Of a stretch of DNA of 64,000 nt, positions 26,447 through 38,599 are shown in pieces. Each line of letters opens with the position of its first letter. Position 1 is the stretch's first letter. A model generated the notes under the pieces. That model did no database searches and was not told the DNA's origin. It saw only the letters and a program-made list of their open reading frames with translations. The translations under genes and the position numbers were made by a program. Source of the stretch: the human T2T-CHM13v2.0 reference genome, Homo sapiens; the NCBI RefSeq assembly GCF_009914755.1, contig NC_060940.1; one strand, 5' to 3'.

Positions 26447-26910
26447 TGGTATGGGGAAGTCTAAGATGATCCCCAAGATACCTGTCTCCAGTGTACCTGC
26501 CCCAGGGAGTAGGGGAAGAGCCTGGGGTTTCACTCCTATACTGAGATTACTAATCAGCTGACTTTGAGTTAACCAAAGGGTGATTATCCTGGTGGGCCTG
26601 ACCTAATCAAGAATAAAGGTCAGCAAGATATTTCTCCTGCTGGCTTCAGAGAACATGAACACTACCGAGTTCTACAGCTTCAAGAAAGTGTATTCTGCCA
26701 GCAATCTGAATGAGCTTAGAACGGTGGCCTGAGAATCAAATGAGGCCTACCCTGGCCAACACCTTGGTAGAGATCTTGTAAAACCAGAGCAGAGGGATCC
26801 AGTTGATCCATGCTCAGACACCTGATTCATGAAAACTATGATAATTTGTGTTATTTTAAGATGCTGTCCTTACAAAGTGATCTGTTACAAAGCAATACAA
26901 AATGACTACG
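26447..26910 (+). mobile_element. MLT1E-like MaLR solo LTR
   Basis: ctgactttgagttaaccaaagggtgattatcctggtgggcctgacctaatca...ctgttacaaagcaatacaaaatgactac. Confidence 0.75.
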
Positions 26911-27039
26911 GCCCCCAAGACCCCAAATACAATGCACTTTACCCCCAGCCTGCCCACCGGATAGAACTTTCTGGCTTTGGAGGACAGCGGTGGGCTGTCC
27001 CCATAAGGATAGCCCCATCCAAGGTGACTTCTTACTTCT

Positions 27040-27520
27040 GGAGTGATGTCTTGCTTTTATTCCAGGCAAATTAATTTCCCATATGAAATTCAGTTTAAGT
27101 AAATTATTAGAAAGAAAAGTGCCCTCCTCCTTCCCACTCCAAGGGAAGGGCACTTGCATTAGCTCCTGTTTTTGAATTAAACATCAATAAAATGTCTTGT
27201 CATTAGTGTTATTTCGGATAGAGCTTTTGTAAATTTCATACTCTGTAAGATCTTCTTCCGCCTAATAAGTTTACTTTTTCCAAGGTGTTCAGATTCCTTG
27301 CACCCCCACCCCCGTCTCTCAAATACAGAAACTCGGCCTCTAATTGCCAGTCCCAGCTCAGCCCCTGGGCCCTGCTTTTAAAAATGAAAGTGCCTGAAAA
27401 GGAACCACTTGAAACCATTTATTAGCTGCTTTGGGTGTCTTTTTCCCCCTTTGGGGAGAAGGGAGGTCTCTGCTGTTTCTACCAGACTGAAGAGCTAAGG
27501 GCAGAGACAAGCTTTTATTT
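27040..27520. promoter_or_regulatory. Candidate AT-rich enhancer
   Basis: Non-repeat block with AAATTAATT, ATTATTAG, CATCAATAAAA, TGTCATTAG, TGTAAAT and CTAATTG. Confidence 0.4.
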
Positions 27521-27684
27521 ATTTTGCTACTCCTGGTTTCTAGCATAAGGCCTGACAAGTCAGAGATGAACAGAAAATGTTTGCAGAAGGAAGACAGGGA
27601 GGAGGGGAAGAAGGAAAAAAGAAAAATGAAGAAAGGAGGGAAGGAAGTGGGGAGGGAAGGCGGGGAGGAGGGAAGGCAGATAAC

Positions 27685-28175
27685 GGCTCCTCATGGTGAC
27701 ATGCACACAGCACTCACAGCATCTGTACCAGGTGCTCCATCCACATCCCCAGCCCACCCAAAAGTCACTGCAGACCATCCTGGCCGATCTTTGAGCTAAG
27801 TGAAGCTTTCTGCTTGAGGGCAATTTCCTGGCTGCGGGAGTGTTCTCAGACCACATTCAGGGCAGCTGCAAGTGCCAAGGAGTTAATGCCAGAGGAGCAG
27901 CTCTCCATGAATGAGCGATGGGAATCAGTGGCTACATACACCTGCCCCCAGGTGGGGTGATTCCGAGTTATGTGATACAGTCTCCAGAAGCTCCCCAGAA
28001 AGAATGAGCCCCCAGTGCCTTGTGGTAACCCTCTCGGTACTGCCCCTTCATTGGATTTCCACCTTCCCTGTCTCACTCCCCAGCTCACTCACTGGACTTC
28101 CTGGCATCACCTACCAAATAAACTCCTTGCACCCATCTTGTCTCAGCCCCCTCTTGGGGGAGGCCAAACAAAAAC
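27685..28175 (+). mobile_element. LTR16C-like ERVL LTR
   Basis: aagtgccaaggagttaatgcc...atgagcccccagtgcc...cacctaccaaataaactccttgcacc. Confidence 0.7.
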
Positions 28176-28489
28176 CACCTTTATTGCCCTACCCATGCCT
28201 GTGGCAGACATCACTAATCAATCACATTGCTTGTTCCTTTTAGACTCAGACGAGGCTTCAGAATCCTTCCCTACACAATGACCTGTGCAGTCACGATTAA
28301 TCATCCCATGGAACAATGGACTCTACTATAAAAATTCCATCCCTAGATCTTTTCTCATGGGGTTAGTGGTAACCACTGTCCAGAAACAGTGCTACAACAG
28401 ACTCTCAACCTGCTGAGGGAAATATAACACATAGCCACATTTTATGATAAATGACCCTTTATCTAAGGTATTTAGTGTGGAAAAATAAA

Positions 28490-29910
28490 GTAATAATGAC
28501 GACACACATAGGCATTGAGGATTTACTCTGCACCAGCCACTGTTCTAGGTACTTCACATGGAATAATATATTTAAATCTTATGATAATCTTTGAAATATA
28601 TATTTTCATCATCTTTTGATAAATTGGAAAACTGAGGCACAGAGAGGTCAAGTCACTTGTCAAAGGTCACACAGCATGTCAATAGTGGAGCCTGGATTCA
28701 AAGTCAAGTTGTCACTAAATACCACCTCCAACAGTTAACCTCCATTCATCAAAGTGATAGAGAATTTCAACGTATCCTAAATTATGAGACAACACTGCCA
28801 GTTGAAGCACTGCACAGCCTGGGAGGTCCTGGACTACAGAGTGCACATGCTTTGACTGAGTTGGGGACAGCTCAGAGGGTCCGGACCACACAGTGTACCC
28901 TCTAACCACTGGGCCTCTCTGTATCCAGCTGGAGCTATGGTGCCCTCACTCTCCTCCCAGGCCTGCCGCCCATCCGAAGAGCATCACATCTGGATGGCAC
29001 ATAGAGGCCAGAGGCCTAGGGATTAGGAGCCTTCCCTGGCTGGAAATGAGTCATTTCTATGCATAGCGGCAAAGCCTGGAGGCCTTCCTCCAGAAAGAAG
29101 ACCGTGTGGTCACTCCCTACTTTATCTGTAAGAGGGCGGGAGAAAATGTGTTTCTGGCCTTCAGACCTCTCCACTGTCTCTCTCCAAAGCTGCTTAAAGG
29201 GAGCTCATCACCGCTTGAGACAGAGAAGGGTTGATAATGCCCTCACCAGGGCTTGGCAAGTGGTTGAACTAATTAAATGCATGTCAACTGCAGACCTCTG
29301 GCTACCTCTGAGGATAGAGCACTGGGGCCCCGCCCCAGGGTCTGAGCTGCGGGCATCAGGGCCTGGAGTTCTTGCAGACCCAGGGGCTGGCGTCAGAAAG
29401 AATGGAAGGCTGGGCTCTCACTGTAGGCCTGCAGCAACGAGGGACTTCCAGAGATAATCCCAGGCCCCAATCTAGTCCCCAAACTAGAATTACAGCTACA
29501 CTTACTGAGTATTTACCTGTGCCAGGTAGTGTGCTAGGAGCTGTCCACATATCCTCTACCTAAGAGAGGCAGTTTGCACAGCGATTAGCACATGCTTGGG
29601 TTCAGATTCCAGCCCCTTAGTCGTTGTGACTTTGAGTCAGTTACTTAACCTCTCCGAGCCTCAGATTTCTTATTCCTAAAATGGGGCTCCTAATAGTTCT
29701 CGCTTCAAAGCATTCTTGTTAAAGGAGTTAATGCATATGAAGCAATTGGAATGGTTCACACACGATTGTAGCTATTTTATTGTCACTTTATTTAAATCTT
29801 CGAGGTGATTCTGGGAAGAGCTATTATTGTCCCCATTTCACAGAGGCAGAAACTGAGGGATGGAGAAGTTTGATCATTTGCTCCAAATCACACAAAGGTG
29901 GCCGGGCTTG
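28490..29910. mobile_element. MIR cluster (28490-28710 minus; nested MIRs at 29490-29910)
   Basis: Cores ggaaaactgaggcacagagagg, ttacttaacctctccgagcctcag and ccccatttcacagaggcagaaactgagg. Confidence 0.65.
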
Positions 29911-31422
29911 AATAATAGTGTTGCCTGAGTCTACGAAGATAGGAAAGTCTTTCTTCCTACAGAGCCTAAGACATCTTGGGATGGAGGGGCTGGGCAGAAC
30001 TCCCAGCTGGGGGCTGGTCTGAGCTGGCCTCTAGGTCCCTAAAGCCTGGGGTTCACTCTTTTTCTTTCTGGGCCTCTGAGGCCTCATTGGTGCAATGAGC
30101 AGGTCGACGGATGGGGTGTTGGACTAGATACTAGCTATGAATTGGTGCTGTTCAAGCACCATTTAGTGGAAGAGGACTGCTTAGCCCCTGGGAGCCTAGG
30201 CATGCACTAAATCACCTTGGTGACTTTGTTCAGTGTACCTCAATACCCAGCACCAACACCAGTCCATATGGTATCTTTGTGTGAACTTGATAATGGTTCC
30301 CTATCTTCAAGTAGGATTTTAGGATAAATTTCAGCTCCCACTTGCCTCCTTGGCCAGGAGCTTTTTGGCAGTGCACACACTACACAACTGCATATGGCAG
30401 CCTGGCAGATGCCTGATATTCTATGCTTAGTCTTCTTGGGGGTTAGCATGGCAGGCCCCTGGAGTATCTATAAGAAAGCAGCCATCCTGGTGGGAAGGTT
30501 GACCCAAATAGACTGAACTCTACACCATGTGGGGCTTTATTATAATGAGGTGGGGCCTAGGCAGGGGCTGAGGCAGGACGTGGCAATGTCCTGCCTCAGA
30601 GAATACTTCTGCCCTCTGTGGGCCTGTTCTGCATCTGTGCCCCAACTGTGAAGTTGCAACCAGGAGGCCTTCATTCATAGGAAAGTTCTCTATGCCTTTC
30701 TCTTGCAAGACCAGGGTGGAGCTGAGCTGGATGTTGAGGGATCCCCTCCTGGATCAGGGTCCCAGCCTCACCAGGCTTGGTCTCTCCCCCACTGTGGGAC
30801 CCACACACACATCTCTCAAGCCCATTCTAAATCAGAGCTGTTGGAGTCAGAGCATGAGCCGTGAGAGGTAGTGGAGTGGACAGGAAATCTGGCTTTGAAA
30901 GCCACCATCCCACTATTCACAGGCTGCTCTTTCAGGGCTTTCTCTTGGCTTTCAATGCAGGTCTGCAGTTCCTTTGACCAACGGCAAAGCATAGAGTCAG
31001 GGTAGGAAAATGGCTGGATAAAACTTATGGGACCCAGAACACTTGCCACTTTGAGGGTCTACAGAACTGGCTCTAAGGGGCAGAGGTCAGGAGCTTTCTG
31101 TTCCAGTGGGTGGGCAGATGCCTCCCTAAGCCACTGTGGACCCCTCTTCAAGGCCCTTCTGTGAGACTCAAGTCAGGAAGGCCAGTCTGGACTTCTCATT
31201 GCTCCCACAATGACCACCTTTTCCCCACCCTGTCATTATCTTCCTAAGACGGATACAATATCAGTTGAGAATGTGTCTCCTCATTTGGGGAGAAGGTGAA
31301 CGTGTTTTTATTTCTATGAATAAAGCACAGATTTAGGCAGAAATGCAGAGTTGTTTTGTTAGGGTATGAAAGTTCAATTATGTATAAAGGCTGAGGACCA
31401 TTGCTGAGTAGCCAGGGGTGGA

Positions 31423-31948
31423 CTGTGACAATTAAATATTTGTCTCAACTCCAAACCTGTTCTAGGTCAGCTTTGGGCTGCCAGGGCTGGGATCCTGCAA
31501 CTCTGCAAATCCTGTTTCTGGCTCCTTGTTAAGATCTGCCAATAGGGTCACTAGAGGGAGACTTTGAGGTTGGAGGAGCAAGAAGGGTCTTGCCCCTTCC
31601 TCTTTACTTCCTGTCTGCTGTGGTTCCTGCAAGCATCATCCCCGTGATGCTTCACCTCGGCAGCAGCAGTTCTCTTCTGAGGCAATGGCTGAACCTGGTT
31701 TTTAACTTTTCCATTTCTTGTAGAACAAGCCTCATTGTGCTCCCTCAGAGAAATCAATATCGGCCAACAGTGCCCCCTTCCCAGGAGTCTTCATTCTTGA
31801 CTTATGGGGTGGGATCCCTCCACCAACCCCAGAGTCACCAGCACCAGCCAACTAGTGGCTCCTCCTCAGAGGTCTGGATCCCTGGCCCATGGGGCTCCAT
31901 CTCTAAGCTTGCAAATTTTAGTAATCCCAACCTCCTCCCTTTATTTAT
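31423..31948 (+). mobile_element. LTR33-family ERVL LTR, 3'-truncated
   Basis: ctccttgttaagatctgccaatagggtcactagagggagact...cagcagcagt...gtaatcccaacctc. Confidence 0.55.
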
Positions 31949-31951
31949 TTC

Positions 31952-32766
31952 CACACACCTATGCATGCATGCATAACTATCCACATGCATACATGCACAC
32001 ATATACTGTATATGCACAACACAAACCTTTAAAACTTCACAAAGCATGTATGCATACAAACATGCATCATGTACACACACAAATGCACTATGCACACACA
32101 CACGCATAATCACACAGATTCACATACACTTACATGCATCATGTTTGCATAACCATGCACTTCATATGCCCACCACACACACTGCATATGCACACCCATA
32201 TACCATGTATATATGCACAAACACACCACATATGCATGCCTGTGTGTGCATAACCCCACATATGCAGGTATGAGCACACACAAACACGTATTCTGCATAT
32301 ACCCTCATACATGTCTGCCTATAAAGATTTAACCACACATAATTGCTTTTGCACCCCATATACACTACATGTAAACATACATGCACTGCGCAGGCATGCC
32401 CACACGAATGTGTAACCTCATACATACCCATACATGCACCATGTAAGCATATACAAACGCACCACATATGAAAGCACAGGCATGTGTGGGATTAAGCAAG
32501 CATAATCATATTTGCACAATCATACACACATAACCACACTTGTTCACATATACACACATGCCACATGTGCACACAAGCATACCTACCACAGCATATACAC
32601 ACAAATGCACTATGTGTATACATACAAACGGACCCCATACACATGTGAAAGCACACACATGCATGCACCACATATGCCCATGCACACACGAATGCATTGC
32701 ATACGCACTCACACATGCACACCTCGCCACCCAGAGCATGCATGCCAGCAGGCGTGCACAACACAC
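31952..32766. repeat. ~800-bp degenerate (CA/TA/TG)n purine-pyrimidine tract
   Basis: catgcacacacatatgc-type sequence running directly into the CpG island. Confidence 0.9.
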
Positions 32767-33550
32767 AGGCCTGCGCTCTCAGGCTCTCGCTGCCAGCCCT
32801 GCCGGGCCTGGCTGTAATTGCTCCCAGCCCCGGAGTCTGGCAAAACGCTCTTGTGGGGCGTCGGCTGCGGCCCCAGATTAATCCCATCTTTTCCCGCGCC
32901 CCAAGCGCCGAAGCCCCAGAACTGCCGCCGGCCGGGCCCATCCCCAGCCCAGGCTCGTAATCAAAAGGCAGATTTCCGCGCCGGGCACCTGTTTGCAGGG
33001 CTGCGCCTCCTTCCGCTGCGGTGTTTTATCTCGGCGCGGCGGTGAATAATTCATGGCCCCGGGTCTGCTTTGCAGTCAAACGCGCTGCGTTCTGTCCGGC
33101 GCCGCCGCCGCCGCCCGCCGGCCGCTGTGATTTATTATTTACCAACGCGCGGCCGCGCCGTGTAAGGTGAGCATTGTGGCTGCTCGCAGAACTGTTACAA
33201 TCTGGCCTCGTTAGTGGCCTTTCTTGCTGCATCTCCAAACAGCGGCCCCGCTTATTGATTTTCCCGCGGAACCTCTGCCAAGAAATCCCACCGCTGCTGC
33301 TCTCAAAGCTGTTGCTATAAAGTCAGACTTGGCCCTTCTTCTCGAGAACAAGAACTCGTGTTTGGATGCGCTTTCTTCTTTTATCCATTGTGTCTTCTCC
33401 TCTGCCGAGGCGTCTCCCATTAGTGCCTCCCCCTCTGCTCCCTCCTTTCCTGGCGACGACGCTCATCTCAGCAGAGGAGATGAGGGTTTTTTAAGACAGC
33501 AGCGGGCCCGTGGGGGGAAGGTGTAGGGGCTTTCATGGTGGCAGCTGCGA
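32750..33550. promoter_or_regulatory. CpG island with no evident coding gene (orphan CGI; enhancer or lncRNA promoter)
   Basis: About 40 CpGs in 32821-33180 by manual count; (GCC)5 at 33101-33115; embedded AT-rich motifs AGATTAATCCC, TGATTTAT and TATTGATT. Confidence 0.85.
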
Positions 33551-34794
33551 CAGAACCGGCCTGGGGAAAAAAGTTTTCCTGCCTTGGAAGTTTTCAAACG
33601 CGGAGAGGCTGATCTGGGTAGAGGGTGGGCTGGCTTTTCTGGCTACTCTCCCTGCTTCAGGGAAGACGTGGTCTCCCAGGACTCAGAGGAGAAGCCAGAG
33701 AAGAAAGGGCGGCTTGGGAGTGCCTACTGTGTGCCCGTCACTTGCTGGGAGGTTCAGGTTTATTTAGTCTTCAAAACAATCCCGGAGAAAAGGCCTGACA
33801 CTCAGTTTACGAACAAGGAGAGGTCACAGAGCTAGCAAGAGGAGGCTCTGGGATTTGCACCCAAGGGCCTCTGCCCCCAAAATATGCTTTCTCCCAAGCC
33901 ATTCTGCACCTCCCTGGGTAACATGAGGGGCAAACTGGTGTGGGCTGAGGGTGGATCCAGCATCCCAGGTCCCCAAAATGAGCATCCATTTCTTAAAGCC
34001 TAGCAAAGCCGCTCTGTGGTTGGGAGAGCCATCCCAGACATAGCCCCGTTCGCTTGGCTGCCAGGCCTGAAGTCCACCATGACAGCCACCCTTCTGAACC
34101 GAGCAGTCAAGGTTCTAAAAGGGCTTATGGTTCCATGCAGGGAAAACCTGGGATGTCCTATTTGGGTGGATCTGTGGGGGGCTCAGAGCAGATCTTCAGT
34201 TTCCTTAAAGAAGCATTTTGTATCTGGCAGTCTGACTGAGAATGTTCTCTGGGCAGGGCACCCAGAGTGGAGCAGGAGACCCTGAAGAATGCCCCCCTGG
34301 GATCCGGAGCAAATTCCACTTACTGGGCTCCACTCCCTCCTTTGCCAAGACAAAGAAACGATGCTTGCACTTTTCCTTCCTTCCCCTTAACCTGCTTTCT
34401 GCAACATGGTGGCAAAGATGAGTTTCTAGAAGTCTCCCTTGAAACTGGGGTTGGGTGGAGATAAGGAATGAACAGTGGCAGGGCTGGCTAGTAGCAAGAT
34501 GAATTCCTGGGTTGACTTGGGCAGTTCTAAAATCCCTTGCAAAGGTGGAGTGCGGCAGCCATGACCAGGATGGTCCTTCATAGATGTGCGTGCTACCCTC
34601 CCGCTTGCAGACTTCTGTCAGATCACTGGGCTTCGCTTCATTTCCCTTACAATCATTTATGGGGCTCCTACCAGCACCCAGGCAATGTTCAAGCTACTTG
34701 AGAACTTGGTAATAATCAGAAGAGATATGATCTCTGTCCTCATGGATCTTCCACATTGAGTGGGAAAACAGATAATTTAAAAATCTTAAACTAA

Positions 34795-35245
34795 TGTGTG
34801 GGTTATTGGCCACCCCCGCCCCTGCCCCTGCATCTACTGTCTGCCATTCTTCACCTTGCTCTGTGCCCAGGGAGGCTAAATTCCATGCACCACGACTCTC
34901 ACGCTCACCTGGGCTCTGGCTGCTGGTGGGTTTGGCCAGTTGGAGGCTTTGGCTTGAGATTGGAGACAGGGGAGAGGATGTCCAGCTGCTTCTTCCCCAG
35001 CTTGTTCCTGCTTTGATACTGTGGTTCTGGCCCCTGGCAGGAGGGCCCTCTATCCCACCCCGGCTCTCTTTGGGATCTGGCACCACTACTCCCTGCCCTG
35101 CCTCTTTTAGGCCTAGGGAGGGTAGCAGCTTCCCATGGTCACCCATCTGTTGTATCTCAACATCCCTTACTAGTCCCCTCATTAAATTCCCTTCAAAATC
35201 CCAGCCAAGTGTGCCTTCTGTTTCCTCCCAAGACCTTGTCAGATA
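34795..35245 (+). mobile_element. LTR33-like LTR inserted within an antisense L2 (34650-35620)
   Basis: ctctggctgctggtgggtttggccagttggagg...ttaggcctagggagggtagcagcttccc...attaaattccctt; L2 sequence on both sides. Confidence 0.65.
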
Positions 35246-35414
35246 ACAAATAAATATGTAAGATGAAATACAAATCCAGGTAAGGGGATAGATTGATGGG
35301 GATGTGGCTTTGGATAGGGTGATCAGGGACAGTTTCTCTGAAGGGAACATTTGAATGAAGACATGAAGAAAATGAGAGGTTAGCCATGGCAGTGTCTAGG
35401 AAACAGCAGCCAAA

Positions 35415-35533
35415 GCAGAACAGCCAGTGCAAGGGCACTGGGGTAGCAGAGCAGCCTGTGCAAGGGCCCTGGGGTAGCACAGCAGCCAGTGCAAGGGCCC
35501 TGGGGTAGCACAGCAGCCTGTGCAACGTCCCTG
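35415..35533. repeat. 31-bp minisatellite, ~3.8 copies
   Basis: cagcc[a/t]gtgcaagggc[a/c]ctggggtagca[g/c]ag units at 35421, 35452, 35483 and 35514. Confidence 0.95.
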
Positions 35534-35872
35534 AGATAAGAAATGCTTGGCATGTTTAAGAAACATCAAGAAGCCTAGTGTGGTTGGTGGGGAAGAGAAG
35601 GGGCATGCAGATCATCTAATTTAAACAATGCCCTGCAAGCAAGGCGGGAGTTAACTATTCCTCTTTTTTGGATCTAGAAACTGAGGCTTGGGGAAAGACA
35701 GGAGGTGGGCTGAGGTCACACAGGGACTGGTCTCATGAATTCACCCATGGGCCCTCTCCCCAGCACGTGTAGTGTTCTGAGGGGTCTTGCAGTTGTCCTG
35801 GCCACTGGGCTGGGCCTCTGGGTCCCTCCCCAGCTCAGACACTGAGGACTGTGGTCTGTTCCCCACTTGGCT

Positions 35873-36325
35873 CTTGGTAGGCTCAAGAGTGGCCCCCCTA
35901 AGATCTGCCCATCTTAATCCCAAGACCCTATGAATGTTACCTTACATAGCAGAAGAGACTGCAGATGTGATTAAATTAGGGGCCTTGAAGTGGGAGAGTA
36001 ACCCAGATGATCCAGGAGGGCCCAATGGTAGAATCACGTTTCCTCATACGAGGGAGGCAGAAGGAGGTACAATTACAGCACAGGAAGAAGGTGACATGGA
36101 TGTGAGGAAGGAGGCACAAGCCAAGGAATGCAGTTGGCTTCCCAAAGCTGGAAAAAAAAAAAAAAAAGTAAGAAAATACTTCTCTTATTGCCTCCAGAGG
36201 GATCTAGCCCCGTGATACCTGGCCTTTTCAACTGATTTTGGCCTTCTGGCCTCCAGAACTGTAAGAGAACGCATCTGTATAAATTTAGGCTGTTAAGTAT
36301 GTGACACGCTGTTTCAGCAGCAGAG
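35873..36325 (+). mobile_element. MLT1C/D-like MaLR solo LTR
   Basis: tgaatgttaccttacat...gcagatgtgattaa...gccaaggaatgc...ttctggcctccagaactgtaagaga. Confidence 0.8.
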
Positions 36326-36489
36326 CTTAGACCAGCTCTGGGTGAATTTTCACTTTCCCCAATTATAATCATGACACTGTATTATGACTGGCCATTATCT
36401 CCAGTGGCTCCTAGGCTGAACTGTAAGCCCCATGAGGGCTGGAATCTTGAGTGTCTAGCCCAGTGGTTCTCAACAGGGGTAATTTTCTA

Positions 36490-37072
36490 ATCACGCCACT
36501 CCTCTGCTCAAAACCCTTCCGTGGCTCCCAAACAACAATGTCAAAGCTGGGGCATCCCCAAGGCCCAGTGTGGCAAGTTTCTGTTCCCTCCTGGCCTCAT
36601 CTCCTGTCTCCTGCTGCCTGCCTCACCCACTCTGCTCCAGCCACATGGGTCTCCTTGCTGTCCTCAAGCACACCAGGCACATTCCACATTAGGGCTTTTG
36701 TACCAGCTGTTCCCTCTGCCTGGATACTCTTCCCCATAATGTCCACTGATCACATGTCGCCATCTCAACAAGCCTTGCCCTGTCCACACCACTTAAACCC
36801 CTTCCTGCCCTACTCAGTCCTGCTGCCCTGTGCCTGCTTTGTTTTTTTGTTTTTCCATTTTTCCTTTGTATCATAATGTGCATCACCTTCCAGAAGCTAC
36901 TTACTGGTTTTTGTTTATTGTCTATTCCTACTCTGCCCTCCCGCCACTGGAATGTGAGCTCCATTGAAGGCAGAGATCTTGTCTGTCTGATTCAGTGCTG
37001 TATTCCTGCTACCTAGGCCTTGCACATAGTAGTTGCTCAATACATATTTGTTGACTACATGGTTGAATGAAT
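36490..37072 (+). mobile_element. L2 3' end
   Basis: ctgctcaaaacccttccgtggctccc...gaatgtgagctccattgaaggcag...ttgctcaatacatatttgttga...gaatgaat. Confidence 0.8.
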
Positions 37073-37604
37073 TTCTCCCTCCTGCACTGTCAGATCCTGT
37101 CAGCTGCCCTCTGGAGAGTCTAGCTGGGGGTGAGACTCTGTGACTCTCCCCTCCACCCACCCATGGGCCATCCGTTAACCACTTTTGGCTCTTACTGGTC
37201 CCACAGCACAAGCAGGTCTGACAACTGTCCCACGGTACAGAGAGAAAACTGGAGTCTTGGATCATTCCACTGATAAGGGAACATTAGTGCCAAAGATCAA
37301 GGCAGGACTGAAGTTCCAGCATAGCCCCTGTCTGGCCAGGATGGGTCAGAAGCCCAAGGAGGGGAGGGCCAGGTCAGGCCAGGAGCCCACTCACTGTGCT
37401 CTGGGGCAAGGGATCCTCCCCTAAGTCATGTTGGGCAGCTGGCCCTGGGTAGGCGTGGGTTGCTGTGGGCTCCATACCAGCTCCTGGGGGACAGTCTGGC
37501 AATCAAAGTCCCTGCCAAGCATCATTGTTTACCCCCCCATGTACAAATACCCTCTCAGGTGCTGGACCCTGTGCTGAGTGCTGGGTTGGAGTGATAGGCC
37601 AGAC

Positions 37605-37822
37605 CAGGGCTTCTAAAGCACAACACTATTAACATTTTGCCCCAAATAATTCCTTGTTGTGGGGGTCTGTGGTGAACTTTGTAGGATGCTCAGCAGCATC
37701 CCTTGCCTCTACCCACTAGATGCTAGAAGCATCTCCTTCCAGTTGTGACCACCAAAAATGTCTCCAGTCACTGCCAAGTGTCCCCTGTCCCCTGGGGGAA
37801 AAATGTCCCAGTTGAGTGTCTA
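37605..37822 (-). mobile_element. MER20
   Basis: cactattaacatttt...tgtaggatgctcagcagcatccct...aaaaatgtctccag. Confidence 0.8.
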
Positions 37823-38599
37823 GTTGGGCTAGACTCTCAAAGTTCCAGCCCTCACGGGTCTTACAGTTCAGTCCAGAAGCCAGTGAACATAATGGCCAAT
37901 GACAATACAGTGTCACGATTGTAACTGGGGAAAGTGAAAATTCACCCAGGGTTGGTCTAAGCTCTGCTTACACACCTCCAACCTTGCAGAGGACTCTGCA
38001 AGTAGGGAGTTCCCCATTGTTGGAGGTGTGTAAGCACCTTTTATCAATCTATCATCATCTTGGTCTGAAATCTTCTCCTTGAGGTTCTCATCCATTATGA
38101 CCTTGTCTGTCCCCTCTTGGATACAAAGGACCACTTTGGTCTTAGCCGGATTAAGGCAGGAAACGGGGACATTTCTTAGGTCCCCAGTGTCTTCATGGCC
38201 ACCCCATTCCTGGATGACCTTAAGGCAATCTAGAGGAGACATTTGCCCTCAGCTGCCTCATGCCCATGCCACAGATAATAAGTGGTGGCCTTAGAAGAGA
38301 AGGGACTTGCTCAAGGTCACACAGAACATTAGCAACACAGGCAGAACTAGAATCCAGAGTCCTGTTTTGCGTTCTGGCTTCTTACCTTCTCTATCTACTT
38401 CAATTCACACGTTTTTCTTATTTCTCAGAATAGGCCAGAGACATGTGAGGTGTGTACAGAAGGCCAGCGGCTGTGTGTCAAAGCCAGAGCCCCTGCCCCA
38501 CCCCTCTGCTATGTTAGGGAAACAAAAAGGGTCTCAGCCCACATACGGCAATTGCTGCAGTAACCTCCTTCCTCCAGACACTGTTGACTTTCATGTTAT

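Noticed and set aside
31804-32960. His/Thr- and Cys/Val-rich ORFs that look like metal-binding proteins
   Set aside because: They are translations of (CA/TG)n low-complexity DNA; the same applies at 10.3, 13.7, 15.2 and 23.3 kb.
34694-35350. Longest ORF (218 aa, minus strand)
   Set aside because: It runs across L2 and LTR33 relics and has no recognisable domain.
12498-35533. Tandem repeats (12498-12620, 35415-35533) as CRISPR-like arrays
   Set aside because: They are head-to-tail units with no unique spacers, in eukaryotic DNA, with no cas genes.
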